Shown here: positions 10,160 to 21,339 of the stretch, one piece after another
How the letters are laid out: every line of letters starts with the position of its first letter
Numbering within the stretch: position 1 is the first letter of the stretch
IMG/VR virus record: IMGVR_UViG_3300019378_000951
Span: 32,001 to 96,000 of that record
Strand: one strand, 5' to 3'
From: a virus
Taxonomy: Duplodnaviria > Caudoviricetes
Length of the DNA stretch: 64,000 nt
Position numbers and translations under genes: made by a program
Notes under the pieces: generated by a model
The model's input: the letters and a program-made list of their open reading frames with translations, nothing else
The model's database searches: none
What the model was told of the DNA's origin: nothing

Positions 10160-10222
10160 TAGTTTTAAACCTCCGCATCTTAATTATTCTTAATACAACA
10201 TATGGATTTGTTCAATATAATT

Positions 10223-13200
10223 TTATTTGTAAACTACATTTATATTATAATCATATTTTAAATATAGATTTATTCCGTCGTCTTGGCTATCATCATATTT
10301 TAATATTTTTTCGATATTTAAATATTCTGGTACATAATCATTTATTTCATCTGATGTCATATTATTAAAACCTTCAAATGCATTGAATATTTTTTGTGTA
10401 TCTTCACCTGCGACCTTTCCAAATTCAACATATTGAATTGAATCGAAATTAATTTCTAGCTCTCTTAAAAGATTTGATATTGCAAATAAACCAGTATGGT
10501 TACTCGCCTCAACAAAATCACTAATGAATTCTTTAATTATACTATCCTCATTATTGTCGATTATACGATTTGTATAAATAGTAAAATTTAAAGGAATTGA
10601 TGTAACATCAACGTAATCAAAATTTTCATATTTAAAATCTAAATTATTTGTATCCGTTACCCAATATTTTGAATATCCATATGTATTAGTAAATTTTAAA
10701 TCTAATGAATTATTATTTTCTAAAGTGTTAATTAAATCATAAGAAACCGTATCATATGCATCTAAAATATCTAAAATTTCATCATATTTTTGTTGAAAAT
10801 ATGAATACTCTATTAATGGCACCTGTTTAAGATCATAATATTCAGAAATCACATCTCCATCGCCATTTCTTAATTTAACAGGTAATATATCGCTATATGT
10901 ATAATTTTCTAAATTTTTAAATAATGATATTTCTTTAACATTGCTATATACACATGCTGTTGCGTAATCATGTACATCACTCATATAATCAAAATTTCCA
11001 TATTTAGTAATATCTGCATTGTCTTTATATAAAACCGCTATTTCTATATTTATATTGTCTGTTAAGAAAACTGCTGCAGTTTCGCCGCCTTCTAAATTTT
11101 TTGGATTCTCAAGCTCATATAATGACCCAACTGTCATAATCTCTTCATTTTTATTTATAATATCTCGATAAGTTACAATATCAGCTGCATATTTAAAAGA
11201 GTCATCAATACGTTCCATTTCTAAACAACCTTGAACTTCACCATGTTTATCATATACTATCATTCTGACTTTACATTTTGCATCTAACTCATCGATAGTT
11301 AAATTTGTATTAAGGTCTACAGTTATATCGTATATTTCGGAATTTATATCAACATTTGGTTTTTTGTCTATTTGAATATTACCAAATGTAAAATTTCGGT
11401 CTACAAAATTATTAACATGAACTAGTTGTAGTTTATATAGTTCATACATTGAAGTAATATAATAATTACATTTAAGTATAGGAGAATCTATTATTTTCAA
11501 TGTATATGGTATGGCATAAATTATAAATCTTTTATCTAAAAGATAATCATCTGAATTGCATATAAAAGAATATTTATTTGCTTCACATATAACTGCATCT
11601 TCTATATTAATATTATTATTTAATCCTAAATTTAAATTTGAATTTTTTATATAAATTGTATACTCATTTTTGTTACATTTTATAATAGGCCATTCTAATA
11701 AAAAATCATCTTTTATTAGATCAACTTGGTTTGATATTGTATCGTGTAATAATATTCGACGATTTATTCTTGTTCCGTCTATAGTTATTTTATATTGAGT
11801 TTCAACTAACATATCATCTTTATTTTTTTCATAATACTTATAGACGCCTTCTACAAAATCATACATAAAATCTAAATTTTGAGATGTTTTTTCTATTATA
11901 AATTTATTGTCTAAATCAACGCTTATCATATTATTTTCAAATAACATAAATTTGTCATTTACTCTGTCATATAATACTTTAGAATTATCTCTAATCATAC
12001 CTTTAGCATGATCTTTTAAAATATTTGCAAATCTGTCATCCATATTTTCATGTATTTTAATTGGTTCGTCTAAATATTTTTTACTAATTAACAAATGAGG
12101 GGCTGTATTTGTAGGTATTATTTTACCTCCTCTTTCTCTCATAGTAATATAACCTGTAAATATGCGTCTTAATATATCATTTCTTTTTTTAAAAAATTCA
12201 ACATTAGAACCATTGACTGATGTATTTGTATTAAAATTTGTAAAATAATAATTTAAGTCTGTATCGGTTATTATATTTTTACGGGTAAGCATAGCTTCTG
12301 TAATTTTATTTTTTAGTTCTGTAGTTGTATACCTATTTTTACCACCTGCAGAGTTTGTTATTGGAGTTACTTGCACGCCCATATTTGAAAATTCATTAGT
12401 ACTTGAAAAATTTACGTCTACAGTTCCAGTGTATGTAAAGTTACCAGCTTCTCCATATGTAGTATACATTACTATTTCAACTTCACTATTTTTACGAGGT
12501 CTAAATGAGTTGCTATCAGCTCCAAAAGATATTTCTAAAGTAGACCCCATAATAGCATAATGACAAAATGGTAATCCGCTAGAATCAGAATACTGATTAT
12601 TTTGATAACTCTTAATTTTAGTTTTTACTCCATTATATATGTAATAAACCTCGATATATGCAATTTGTCCAGTAAATGAAGTAGTTAAGAATAAGTTATC
12701 TAAATAATTATTGCTAGTTATTGAAAACGTTGTAGATTTTTTATATAGTTGATATAGATCTATACCTATAAAAATATAATCCCCATCAGTTGTAGATTCG
12801 TTCCAAGTTTTTAAATAAGGATTATTTGTGACTTTTAAAAATGGGAATACGTCTTTATCAGTATCATATTTTACAGATATAGAATACGATCCAGTTATTT
12901 CATTTTCTTTTATTATAAATTGTAAATCATATGGTAATCTAAATGGTATTTGTTCTATTGAAAATACGTAATCTTTACTTATTGTTAATATATAAACTTT
13001 TCTAGCAAAACCTTCAAGTGTTGTATCTATTGATTGTATTGGCTTTTTTAATGGTGAATTTATAATATCATCTCTACGAATTGCAAGAGTTGCTCTCATT
13101 TTTGCAGGAATAGCTAATTCCATATCAACATTTGTTAATTTAGCAAAATTTGCAATAGATTCAGGAAATGATGCGGTATTTAAAAAATGTTCATCATATA

Positions 13201-13390
13201 ACACATTTCTATGATAAACATTATTTTTAATTTCGTTGCTTTGTATTTCATTATTGTAACCGAATAAACCAGCTTTAAGCATATTAACTGCTACTTCATT
13301 TTCAGGATCTATTCTGAAATATTTAAGTGCTATTTTAAACCATTCATCTTGAATGGGATAGCTGGAAGCCCCTACTTTAATATTTGCCAT
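10223..13390 (-). CDS. Baseplate wedge protein (T4 gp6-like)
   Basis: FLNTASFPESI, ISFG...RP, YTTYGEAGN and SAGGKN...IITDTD pattern of gp6/baseplate-J proteins. Confidence 0.7.
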   Translation of the reverse strand: MANIKVGASSYPIQDEWFKIALKYFRIDPENEVAVNMLKAGLFGYNNEIQSNEIKNNVYHRNVLYDEHFLNTASFPESIANFAKLTNVDMELAIPAKMRATLAIRRDDIINSPLKKPIQSIDTTLEGFARKVYILTISKDYVFSIEQIPFRLPYDLQFIIKENEITGSYSISVKYDTDKDVFPFLKVTNNPYLKTWNESTTDGDYIFIGIDLYQLYKKSTTFSITSNNYLDNLFLTTSFTGQIAYIEVYYIYNGVKTKIKSYQNNQYSDSSGLPFCHYAIMGSTLEISFGADSNSFRPRKNSEVEIVMYTTYGEAGNFTYTGTVDVNFSSTNEFSNMGVQVTPITNSAGGKNRYTTTELKNKITEAMLTRKNIITDTDLNYYFTNFNTNTSVNGSNVEFFKKRNDILRRIFTGYITMRERGGKIIPTNTAPHLLISKKYLDEPIKIHENMDDRFANILKDHAKGMIRDNSKVLYDRVNDKFMLFENNMISVDLDNKFIIEKTSQNLDFMYDFVEGVYKYYEKNKDDMLVETQYKITIDGTRINRRILLHDTISNQVDLIKDDFLLEWPIIKCNKNEYTIYIKNSNLNLGLNNNINIEDAVICEANKYSFICNSDDYLLDKRFIIYAIPYTLKIIDSPILKCNYYITSMYELYKLQLVHVNNFVDRNFTFGNIQIDKKPNVDINSEIYDITVDLNTNLTIDELDAKCKVRMIVYDKHGEVQGCLEMERIDDSFKYAADIVTYRDIINKNEEIMTVGSLYELENPKNLEGGETAAVFLTDNINIEIAVLYKDNADITKYGNFDYMSDVHDYATACVYSNVKEISLFKNLENYTYSDILPVKLRNGDGDVISEYYDLKQVPLIEYSYFQQKYDEILDILDAYDTVSYDLINTLENNNSLDLKFTNTYGYSKYWVTDTNNLDFKYENFDYVDVTSIPLNFTIYTNRIIDNNEDSIIKEFISDFVEASNHTGLFAISNLLRELEINFDSIQYVEFGKVAGEDTQKIFNAFEGFNNMTSDEINDYVPEYLNIEKILKYDDSQDDGINLYLKYDYNINVVYK

Positions 13391-13436
13391 AATACTCCCT
13401 CCTTTTTATTATTCAAAATTAAGTTATTAATTATAT

Positions 13437-14735
13437 TTACATTTGCCACAATGAGATATTAGGTGGTAACACATCGCCTGTAACTATTTCATTTTTATTA
13501 TCTTGAACATTAGGTATAACTGTCACATCATTAATTGTTGCATTATTCCCATATAAATATTCTTGAGTAGAATTTGATGATATACTTGAACTACTATCGC
13601 TGTAATTACTTTTTGTAGGCTCTGAAATAGTTCTATCTGTATCAAACACCAATTTAAACCCATAGCCACCAGTTTCAGGTTGATAAGAGATTACTGTTGG
13701 ACATACTGAACTTTTAAGACTGCCAGATATTAAATCATCCGCTTTTTCATTCATACCGTTTTCATCCCAATCCATAGTTATTGGAACTGAACCGACTATT
13801 CTATTGAAATCTCTTAATATAGCTACAGACATATCTTCTTTATAACAATATGAGTAATTTATAGTTATATCAGGAACTTCATGACTAGTAAGATCTCCTC
13901 CTAAAGAACTATATGGCACATTTAATGGTGCTACACCTGTATACTTAGCCCAGTATTTAATAGTTTCACCATCAAAATCACAAAGGATATAATAAATACT
14001 AGCCATATAATCAATAAATCCATCGTCTAATGCATTTCGACTAGGTATAAATTGACCCCTTCTTACTTTTTCAATATAATCTTGCCATGCTTTATGCATT
14101 TTTAATATTGGAAGATTTGTCATTTCTAAATATTTAATACTAATTTCATCTCCAACAATACTATCTACTAAACTACCTGGATGTACTTGTTTGTAACCGT
14201 AAAATGTTTCTCCTACTTCTTTAGTTCTTGCAACAGTGTCCTTAATATCAATACTAAGTGCAGTATTTGTTATGAGAGGTATTAAATCGCAATTCTTACC
14301 TCCAAGATCACCAAATAATGTATCAGTATAATTTTCATTTGTAAGATGTCTTAATATTTCTTTATTTTCGTTAGTGGATGTTGCCATATAAGTTAAAAAA
14401 CTGTCTGTCGATACATTAGCTTCACACAAATTTAACACAGGACCTGTCATAAAAACATATGGTATGCCTTTAACAAAAAAGTTTATATTATCATTTTGTA
14501 ACCTTTGAAAGTTAAAATTTGTTATAAATGCAACCTCGTCTATATCAAAATTTCCTACTGACTCTCTTAAACCAATTAAATCGTCATCAGTAATTTCATC
14601 TTCACCATTTCTTTCACCTAATGGTTGTTTAGTTGTAGTGCCAGGATGTTTATAATTAAGTTCGTTATTAATTGGAGCTTTTCCAGCCCCATTATTATCA
14701 ATATCGTTCAAAAAAATCACCCCCAAAAATTTCAT
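13437..14735 (-). CDS. Tail-tube-like baseplate protein (tube initiator); start may be TTG at 14711
   Basis: ILKMHKAWQDYI...YMASIYY...KYTGVAP...ITINYSY tube-fold pattern; adjacent to the wedge gene. Confidence 0.55.
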   Translation of the reverse strand: MKFLGVIFLNDIDNNGAGKAPINNELNYKHPGTTTKQPLGERNGEDEITDDDLIGLRESVGNFDIDEVAFITNFNFQRLQNDNINFFVKGIPYVFMTGPVLNLCEANVSTDSFLTYMATSTNENKEILRHLTNENYTDTLFGDLGGKNCDLIPLITNTALSIDIKDTVARTKEVGETFYGYKQVHPGSLVDSIVGDEISIKYLEMTNLPILKMHKAWQDYIEKVRRGQFIPSRNALDDGFIDYMASIYYILCDFDGETIKYWAKYTGVAPLNVPYSSLGGDLTSHEVPDITINYSYCYKEDMSVAILRDFNRIVGSVPITMDWDENGMNEKADDLISGSLKSSVCPTVISYQPETGGYGFKLVFDTDRTISEPTKSNYSDSSSSISSNSTQEYLYGNNATINDVTVIPNVQDNKNEIVTGDVLPPNISLWQM

Positions 14736-14830
14736 TAATAATGTTGTTGTATAATATTAGATTGTTACGATATATTTTACAAATTTAAGGTTTATTAACA
14801 TACTAATAATTTTTTAAGGAGACAATAATT

Positions 14831-14983
14831 ATGGATAAAAAAGTAAGATTTGTAAATATTATTAATATAGAAAAATTAAAAGAAGAATTAAAAAATGAAA
14901 TTAAAAATGAATTAATATTAGAATTTTGGAATATTTTTAAGAAAGAAGATATAATTGATCTAACGGATGATACTAAAGAATAA
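14831..14983 (+). CDS. Small hypothetical protein (50 aa, not in ORF track)
   Basis: AAGGAG RBS and late promoter motif at 14797-14808. Confidence 0.45.
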   Translation: MDKKVRFVNIINIEKLKEELKNEIKNELILEFWNIFKKEDIIDLTDDTKE

Positions 14984-15064
14984 ATTAGTAATATTAAAAG
15001 TGATAGTATAACAAACAATCTAATATTGAAAATTTTTTATAAAGTAATGGAGGTTAAAGAAACT

Positions 15065-16345
15065 ATGAATATAGACGGCTTTTTAGATTTACTATTACAT
15101 GGTAAAGAAATAAAAGATGACATAAAGTCTTTTAAAGATATGAATAAAGTTACTAACGGTATAAAAGCAAGAGCTAGAGATTTAATTCTTCAATACCCAG
15201 TTTTAGTTTCAAATACATTATCTCAAGAAACAGTATCAGCTGTAACAAGAGCATTAGAACATGATTACGCAAACCATATGGTATTATTAATAAGCGACCA
15301 AAATTTAGATGGAGGCCCATCTACTAGTGATTATCTTAAAGGATTCCATAATAACGTATTAGAGTCTGGAAATTTACCATCTTCAGTTCTTAATAAAGTT
15401 AATGGAGAAATACTTAACGAAACAAATCAAAATCTATTTAATGAAATGTCATTAAATGATTTAACAGTTAATAGCGTTAAAATGAAATTATTTAACGAAG
15501 ATACTAATCAAGATTCAAAAGGTAGATCAGCTGAAGCTATTGCTAAAATGAATATTAAAAAAGCTGATAATTATGATAAAGAATTTGAAGCTAAAATGAA
15601 AAAAATGGAATTAGAAATAAATGACAAAAAAACAGCACAATTAGTAAATTCAGATGTCAGAAAATTAAACGATATGTCTCCAACATTTGTAAAAGGTAAT
15701 ATAAGTGTTATGTTACCAGGTGCATCTGTTGCTGTTGAAAAACCTATACATTTCGCTGTTAAAGCAGTAGCTCATTTACTAGATTCAGATGAAATAGTAT
15801 TAAATTTATCTAATAATCTTAATGATCCATCATTATTAGTTAAATTTATAGAATGGACTACAGGTGAAAAACGTTTATTTACAGATTTAATAATGCAAAA
15901 AGATGATATGAAAAGATTAGCTACGTCTAAAGGAAAAGGCGCTCACTGGTTTAGAAAATTATCTCTTATGGCAAATAACGCTAAAATGAGAAAATCTTGG
16001 GCACATATAGCTAGTAAAATGCCATGGGGTAAAAAAGCAGTTCAATTAATAAATGATAGAGTACCAATACCTACTATGTCATTAGTTATAAGTAAATCAG
16101 AAGTAGATCAAATAAGAGCTAAAACTGGTATAGACTTACTTCGTAAAGAAGGAGATATAAGAGCGCTTATGGATAGATTTTATTTATTAACATTTATGAT
16201 AGTAGATGATGCAACTGAAATGGTATATTTATATGATGAAGTATCTAAGAGATATGTAACTTATAGTATAAAACAATTAAAAGGTTTTGCTAAAGATGAT
16301 TTATTAACACCAGAACAAGCTATGAAACGTTCATTAATGAGATAG
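15065..16345 (+). CDS. Probable virion structural protein
   Basis: Late promoter at 15014-15025; GGAGG RBS before ATG 15065; xxE motifs. Confidence 0.55.
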   Translation: MNIDGFLDLLLHGKEIKDDIKSFKDMNKVTNGIKARARDLILQYPVLVSNTLSQETVSAVTRALEHDYANHMVLLISDQNLDGGPSTSDYLKGFHNNVLESGNLPSSVLNKVNGEILNETNQNLFNEMSLNDLTVNSVKMKLFNEDTNQDSKGRSAEAIAKMNIKKADNYDKEFEAKMKKMELEINDKKTAQLVNSDVRKLNDMSPTFVKGNISVMLPGASVAVEKPIHFAVKAVAHLLDSDEIVLNLSNNLNDPSLLVKFIEWTTGEKRLFTDLIMQKDDMKRLATSKGKGAHWFRKLSLMANNAKMRKSWAHIASKMPWGKKAVQLINDRVPIPTMSLVISKSEVDQIRAKTGIDLLRKEGDIRALMDRFYLLTFMIVDDATEMVYLYDEVSKRYVTYSIKQLKGFAKDDLLTPEQAMKRSLMR

Positions 16346-16360
16346 GGAGGTTAACGAATT

Positions 16361-17326
16361 ATGTATGATAATAGATCGGAACATGATATATTACTTGAAA
16401 GTATGGTAACTACTTATTATGCAGATATTAAATATGACGTATTAACTGAAAGTGAAAAATTAAAAGCTGCAGATCAATTAATTACTAAACTTTTCAAAGA
16501 TATTAAAAATAAAACTTTAAAAATGAATGATAAAGATATAGAAAAAACTAAAGGAGATTTTTCTAAGCACCCAAACTATAAAGAATTATGCAGAGCTTTA
16601 AGATTTCTTGAAGAATCTGCAAACTCACAAAATAATGCAGGGTTAAGTGAAAAAGTTAAAGTATTAAGAGAAACTGAAGGGTTATTAATATCTAATAAAG
16701 ATGTATTTAAAAATGCATTCCAATATGGTAATGATGTTTTAGTAATATCATATTTTAATATATGTGCAGGACTTATAATTGGTATAAGTGAATGTATATC
16801 TCTAAATACACAAATAATACAATCTAAAAAATATGGAGCTGATTCTGTAGGTAATAGATCGTTTGGTGGAAAATCTAACTATATTGAAGGACTAAAAAGT
16901 GCTAATGCTGTAATGAAAAGTAATAAATTACGTATGATAAACGATACAATAGTTGTTAAAAATGAATCATTTACAAATAGCGTAAAAAATATTTGGAACT
17001 CTACTAAAATTCCTAGAAGAATAGGATTAGGAGTTGCTGGTGTTTATCTTTTATTAAGTGCAGTTAAAAGAATATGTTTTACATACTTCCATCAAAGAGT
17101 AAAACTAGCTGACCATTTAAGAAATACTGCAGAATACGTTCAATTAAAATCTGATGGGGTATCAGATAATAATATTAAAGCTAAACAACAAAAATGGATA
17201 GATAAATTATTAGCATTTGCTGAAAAAGTTGATGTTGACAGTACTAATGCTAATGCTAAAGCTGATGCAGATATAAAATCGTCAGATCAAGAAATGTCTG
17301 AATTACCAACTACTTGGATTATGTAA
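16361..17326 (+). CDS. Probable virion (internal head) protein
   Basis: LLES/LTES/KNES putative processing motifs; one hydrophobic segment. Confidence 0.5.
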   Translation: MYDNRSEHDILLESMVTTYYADIKYDVLTESEKLKAADQLITKLFKDIKNKTLKMNDKDIEKTKGDFSKHPNYKELCRALRFLEESANSQNNAGLSEKVKVLRETEGLLISNKDVFKNAFQYGNDVLVISYFNICAGLIIGISECISLNTQIIQSKKYGADSVGNRSFGGKSNYIEGLKSANAVMKSNKLRMINDTIVVKNESFTNSVKNIWNSTKIPRRIGLGVAGVYLLLSAVKRICFTYFHQRVKLADHLRNTAEYVQLKSDGVSDNNIKAKQQKWIDKLLAFAEKVDVDSTNANAKADADIKSSDQEMSELPTTWIM

Positions 17327-17338
17327 GGAGGTAATTGT

Positions 17339-18118
17339 ATGACCATTCAGGAAATATTAAACGAATCATTTTATATAGAAATGAGTCTTTCAAATCTTGG
17401 TATATATAATGAAGGAATTGGTGATGTTGCAAGTTCAGTATACAACGCTGTAGTTAGAATGATTGAGAAATTTATAGGTTGGGTTAGAAATACAGTTATA
17501 CCTTTTTTCCAACGTATAGGAAAAATTATTGCAAACCTTCTTAGAAAAACTAAGTTGGGAAGAAAATTGCTTAAAAAACATGATGATAAAGTGGCAGCAG
17601 CTAAAGCTACAGAAGAAAAAATACAGGCTGAACAAGAATATGACAATAAAGATGCTGAAATGATGAATAATTTAAAAATAAAAGTAATGCAGTATCCTAC
17701 TTGGTTAAATTATATAGCTAATAGTTTAATAAACCCGAATGCAATATTAAAGCTTGCTAATTCTACAGAAGATAGATCTGCTGATATAAATGATTTAGAA
17801 GAAAAAATTTCTAAACATATAGAAGATGGTCATGAAGTGAAAATAATAGTAGGTTTTGATAATGCGAAACCTGAAGTTATAAAACAATTAGAAATTATGG
17901 AAAAATCAGTTCAGACGTTTGAATCAAATTCAAAAGCAATAATTACAAGATGTGAAGAATTGAAAAGAAAACTAGAAGGTAAACAAGACAATGGATCTGT
18001 AATGAGAGCTAAAAATACTTCAGCTGTAATACAAGTTATCACTCAAAAAACAGCAGAATCTGTAAAACTATCAGCTGAAATTATTAAAAAACTTAAGTTT
18101 GCATCTGATCCTTTCTAA
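17339..18118 (+). CDS. Probable internal head protein
   Basis: LNES/YNEG motifs followed by an amphipathic IEKFIGWV helix, typical of jumbo-phage internal proteins. Confidence 0.5.
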   Translation: MTIQEILNESFYIEMSLSNLGIYNEGIGDVASSVYNAVVRMIEKFIGWVRNTVIPFFQRIGKIIANLLRKTKLGRKLLKKHDDKVAAAKATEEKIQAEQEYDNKDAEMMNNLKIKVMQYPTWLNYIANSLINPNAILKLANSTEDRSADINDLEEKISKHIEDGHEVKIIVGFDNAKPEVIKQLEIMEKSVQTFESNSKAIITRCEELKRKLEGKQDNGSVMRAKNTSAVIQVITQKTAESVKLSAEIIKKLKFASDPF

Positions 18119-18125
18119 AAAAAAA

Positions 18126-18155
18126 ATAGAGAATAACCATAAGGTTATTCTCTAT
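18126..18155. terminator. Bidirectional terminator between convergent genes
   Basis: ATAGAGAATAACC-ATAA-GGTTATTCTCTAT; near-identical copy at 20860-20885. Confidence 0.75.
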
Positions 18156-18913
18156 ATTAATACTGACAGCAATCCTAATATAAGATTAAGATTATTATTG
18201 TGTATACAATACTTCATCATTGATTCATCAATACTGTCAATTTCCATTAAATTGTCATTATAAGTATTGATTATATAACTATTAAATACTAAATCTTTAT
18301 AGTACCCTACAGGCAATTCAAATTCAGTAAATTCACTTTTCAAATATATTAAATCGTCTATATAATCATCTACACTGTTTAATATCTTACTAAATATCTT
18401 TTTACAATCTTTCATTAAGTAATTCATATGATGTTCAACTGCATCCTTATTATAACCTTTAACATCTAATATATCCTTTATCGGATCATAGTAAAATTCT
18501 TTACCTAATATATTCGCATAAAATATATATGAGTTTTTAGGTCTAAATTCAATATAATCTCCGAATTTAGTTTCTTTACAAGTTTTAGTTGTAAATATTG
18601 CATCTTTCTTTATACTTATAATATCTCCATCTTGTATATCGTTATATTCAAAGAATGCTTGTCTAGCTTCTATAAAACCATTCATTAATTGCCTACCTAG
18701 TTGTGGTTTATCTTTTATCATTTTACCTATTGTAATAGTTCTATCTTTCTTACTCATTGATTCTAATAACTGTAATTCAGAATTACTTAAATACTTTCCT
18801 TCTCGTAGTATACTGTATCCACCTTCTTTCATGTCGTATTCAGTAATTCTAATATTACGTACTAATGTTACAGGTGCTGTATAATTGTGTTTATGATACA
18901 GTACACTCGCCAT
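18152..18913 (-). CDS. Stand-alone divergent family-B DNA polymerase palm-like protein
   Basis: Motif A-like EYDMKEGGYS and motif C-like SIKKDAIF; no exonuclease domain. Confidence 0.55.
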   Translation of the reverse strand: MASVLYHKHNYTAPVTLVRNIRITEYDMKEGGYSILREGKYLSNSELQLLESMSKKDRTITIGKMIKDKPQLGRQLMNGFIEARQAFFEYNDIQDGDIISIKKDAIFTTKTCKETKFGDYIEFRPKNSYIFYANILGKEFYYDPIKDILDVKGYNKDAVEHHMNYLMKDCKKIFSKILNSVDDYIDDLIYLKSEFTEFELPVGYYKDLVFNSYIINTYNDNLMEIDSIDESMMKYCIHNNNLNLILGLLSVLI

Positions 18914-18923
18914 TTTATACCTC

Positions 18924-19217
18924 CTAATCTAATATAATTTCAGCAGCTAAACGTTTTTTTAATTTGTCACTTATTAGTTCTAGTGGTATCTCCCTACCAG
19001 TTATCTGTTCTATCCATTTTTCTCTACCATTAAATGCGTTATATGTGATATGAGATAACATAACAGCTTTACCTTCACAAACTATTACCATAAATGGTTT
19101 AAACATTATTAAATAATTGTCCTCATATTCCCCCTTATCAAAATGATAAAATTTCATATCGATTGTTATAGGTTCATCATTAAGTAAGTACGTATACTTA
19201 CTTTCTTTTATTATCAA
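18924..19217 (-). CDS. Hypothetical protein
   Basis: 97-aa ORF in an operon. Confidence 0.5.
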   Translation of the reverse strand: MIIKESKYTYLLNDEPITIDMKFYHFDKGEYEDNYLIMFKPFMVIVCEGKAVMLSHITYNAFNGREKWIEQITGREIPLELISDKLKKRLAAEIILD

Positions 19218-19251
19218 TGGAATCAGTCCTCTTTCTGTCTGTAATTATTAG

Positions 19252-19800
19252 TTAGTTTTTGTTTATACTTTTAAAATATCTATTGAAGAATGTTATAATT
19301 TTATCTCTGACTTCTTCAACAGTTTTATACTCAGGTGGGTTATGGACAAAACATAAATTCATTACTTCCATTATATTCCATCTTTCATTCATAATATATG
19401 AGATATCTCTGTTCTGTCTTTCAACTAATTGTCTACTATCTATCATTACAATTATATAATCAATTCCACACTTGTCTAATGGGAATTGATTTATAAAATC
19501 ATCAATTCCCATTTTGTTAAGAATTATAGTATTATACTTACCATCAACCAAATCAAATATAGTACCGTATCTTTCTCCATTTATATTAGTGCGACCTATT
19601 AAATTATCTTTAATTTCATCATATTCATCTTGTGTAACGAATTTATACGGATCTCCTTGTTTTTCTCCTTCTCTCATAGGCCTAGTGCTTACTTGTTGCA
19701 ACTTATGAAATTCATTTGGAAATTTTTCTGATAATAATTTTTCTATCATCGATTTACCACTTCCTGATGGACCAGCCACTATTATAACCTTTTTATTCAT
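19252..19800 (-). CDS. gmk: Guanylate kinase-like nucleotide kinase
   Basis: P-loop GPSGSGKS; STRPMREGE..G.PY.FV; YGT. Confidence 0.88.
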   Translation of the reverse strand: MNKKVIIVAGPSGSGKSMIEKLLSEKFPNEFHKLQQVSTRPMREGEKQGDPYKFVTQDEYDEIKDNLIGRTNINGERYGTIFDLVDGKYNTIILNKMGIDDFINQFPLDKCGIDYIIVMIDSRQLVERQNRDISYIMNERWNIMEVMNLCFVHNPPEYKTVEEVRDKIITFFNRYFKSINKN

Positions 19801-19863
19801 AATTATTACCTCCCATTGATTTAATTATAATCATGGGTTAATTTAAAAATTATCTTTAGTTAA

Positions 19864-20241
19864 TTATAATTGATAATCTATTATAACTCTATCAAATAAT
19901 TTTGGTATGTCATCTACAGAATTAATAAATTCAGTATAACTTTTAAATAAAGATGTTTGCATCGATAATTCTCTGGCTATAGAATCAGTTACTTCTATAT
20001 TATTCCTAACAATTCCTAACATTCCATTTCCCATAGTGTCAGTAGTATATTCATAACAAAATAATTCATCGTTTTCAGTTAGATAAGTTTCTAATCCATA
20101 TATCTTAGATTCAGGGACATATGCTATATATCCATTACATAAAGCACATCCATTTTCACTAAGTTTAACATACTTTATTACAAATACTGTTTTATCATTA
20201 TTGCAATCTTCAACTACCAAATCATAATTTCCAAATCTCAT
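19864..20241 (-). CDS. Hypothetical early protein (paralog family A)
   Basis: IAYVPESKIYG motif and the shared C-terminal tag. Confidence 0.55.
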   Translation of the reverse strand: MRFGNYDLVVEDCNNDKTVFVIKYVKLSENGCALCNGYIAYVPESKIYGLETYLTENDELFCYEYTTDTMGNGMLGIVRNNIEVTDSIARELSMQTSLFKSYTEFINSVDDIPKLFDRVIIDYQL

Positions 20242-20260
20242 AAAATACCTCCTAATTTAA

Positions 20261-20623
20261 TTAAAAATTATTGTTACATCTGTAAGGTTCGTATAAACTA
20301 ATTTCTTTTTTACCATTTTTATATTCTTTGATTAGTATATCATGTTTTACAAATATATTATCATTAGGGAATTCAACATTTTGTAGATGTTCTAGATAAA
20401 ATTTCTTTTGATCTGATATAACATATTCTTCACCATCGTATTCAAAAGTTATATCACATATTGAAGGTATCATTGCAGTTTTATATATGTCGCCTATTAG
20501 TAAATCTGGAATTAATACTGTTTCAGATGGTACATAATACACATCTACTATTCTTAAATTTGCATCTTTTACTATCTCTTTTTTAACAACTCTATTAAAC
20601 CATCCAAATAATTTCATATTCAT
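20261..20623 (-). CDS. Hypothetical protein
   Basis: ORF with GGAGG RBS. Confidence 0.55.
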   Translation of the reverse strand: MNMKLFGWFNRVVKKEIVKDANLRIVDVYYVPSETVLIPDLLIGDIYKTAMIPSICDITFEYDGEEYVISDQKKFYLEHLQNVEFPNDNIFVKHDILIKEYKNGKKEISLYEPYRCNNNF

Positions 20624-20629
20624 ACCCTC

Positions 20630-20836
20630 CTAATAATTATTATATATTAATTCTATAACTCTTCTAGCATCATCTTCGTTTTTAAATTTAAATGTTACGC
20701 TAGAATTACAATGTCTAAAATGTATACATACATTTGAAAATTTTTTCGTAGTTACATCTGTTACTAATATAGCCGACAATACTTCTTTAGCATTAATAAC
20801 CATTAAATTATCATTAATATCTTTAAATTTAAACAT
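20630..20836 (-). CDS. Hypothetical protein
   Basis: ORF with GGAGG RBS. Confidence 0.55.
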   Translation of the reverse strand: MFKFKDINDNLMVINAKEVLSAILVTDVTTKKFSNVCIHFRHCNSSVTFKFKNEDDARRVIELIYNNY

Positions 20837-20876
20837 AATATACCTCCTAATTTAATTTAAGAGAATAACCTTAAGG

Positions 20877-21290
20877 TTATTCTCTGTTAGGTTTAACTAA
20901 TTTAAATTCTGCAGCTTCTTGAGCTTCCTCTTCTTCTAAATCTTTAAGCATATCTACTTCAGTCATAGCATTCATATATTCTTCCATATGTTCTTTATCA
21001 TAATCATCTGCTATAACTCCAACGTATCTTCCTAAATATTCTCTTCTATAATAATTATAATTCATTATCTGTTGTATTATCTGTTCTTTAGTAAGACCTT
21101 TTTGAAATAATGTTTCTATTATTGATCCTTCTAATGTAAATGCAGCTTGCATTAAATCCCAGTCATTAAATTGGCTATCTGCAACTATATTAGATTGCAT
21201 TGGGTGACCGTTTATTCCTAGTCCTATACTAAAATAAATAGGTTTGTTGACATCCATACTTTGAGCTTCATTCATTTTGTTTTCTTCCAT
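20877..21290 (-). CDS. Hypothetical early protein
   Basis: First gene after the early promoter at 21322-21335; GGAGG RBS. Confidence 0.6.
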   Translation of the reverse strand: MEENKMNEAQSMDVNKPIYFSIGLGINGHPMQSNIVADSQFNDWDLMQAAFTLEGSIIETLFQKGLTKEQIIQQIMNYNYYRREYLGRYVGVIADDYDKEHMEEYMNAMTEVDMLKDLEEEEAQEAAEFKLVKPNRE

Positions 21291-21321
21291 AATAAATACC
21301 TCCTAAATTTAATTTTAATAC

Positions 21322-21335
21322 CAAATTAATAATAT
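21322..21335 (-). promoter_or_regulatory. Putative early promoter
   Basis: ATATTAT-TAATTT-G. Confidence 0.6.
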
Positions 21336-21339
21336 ATAG

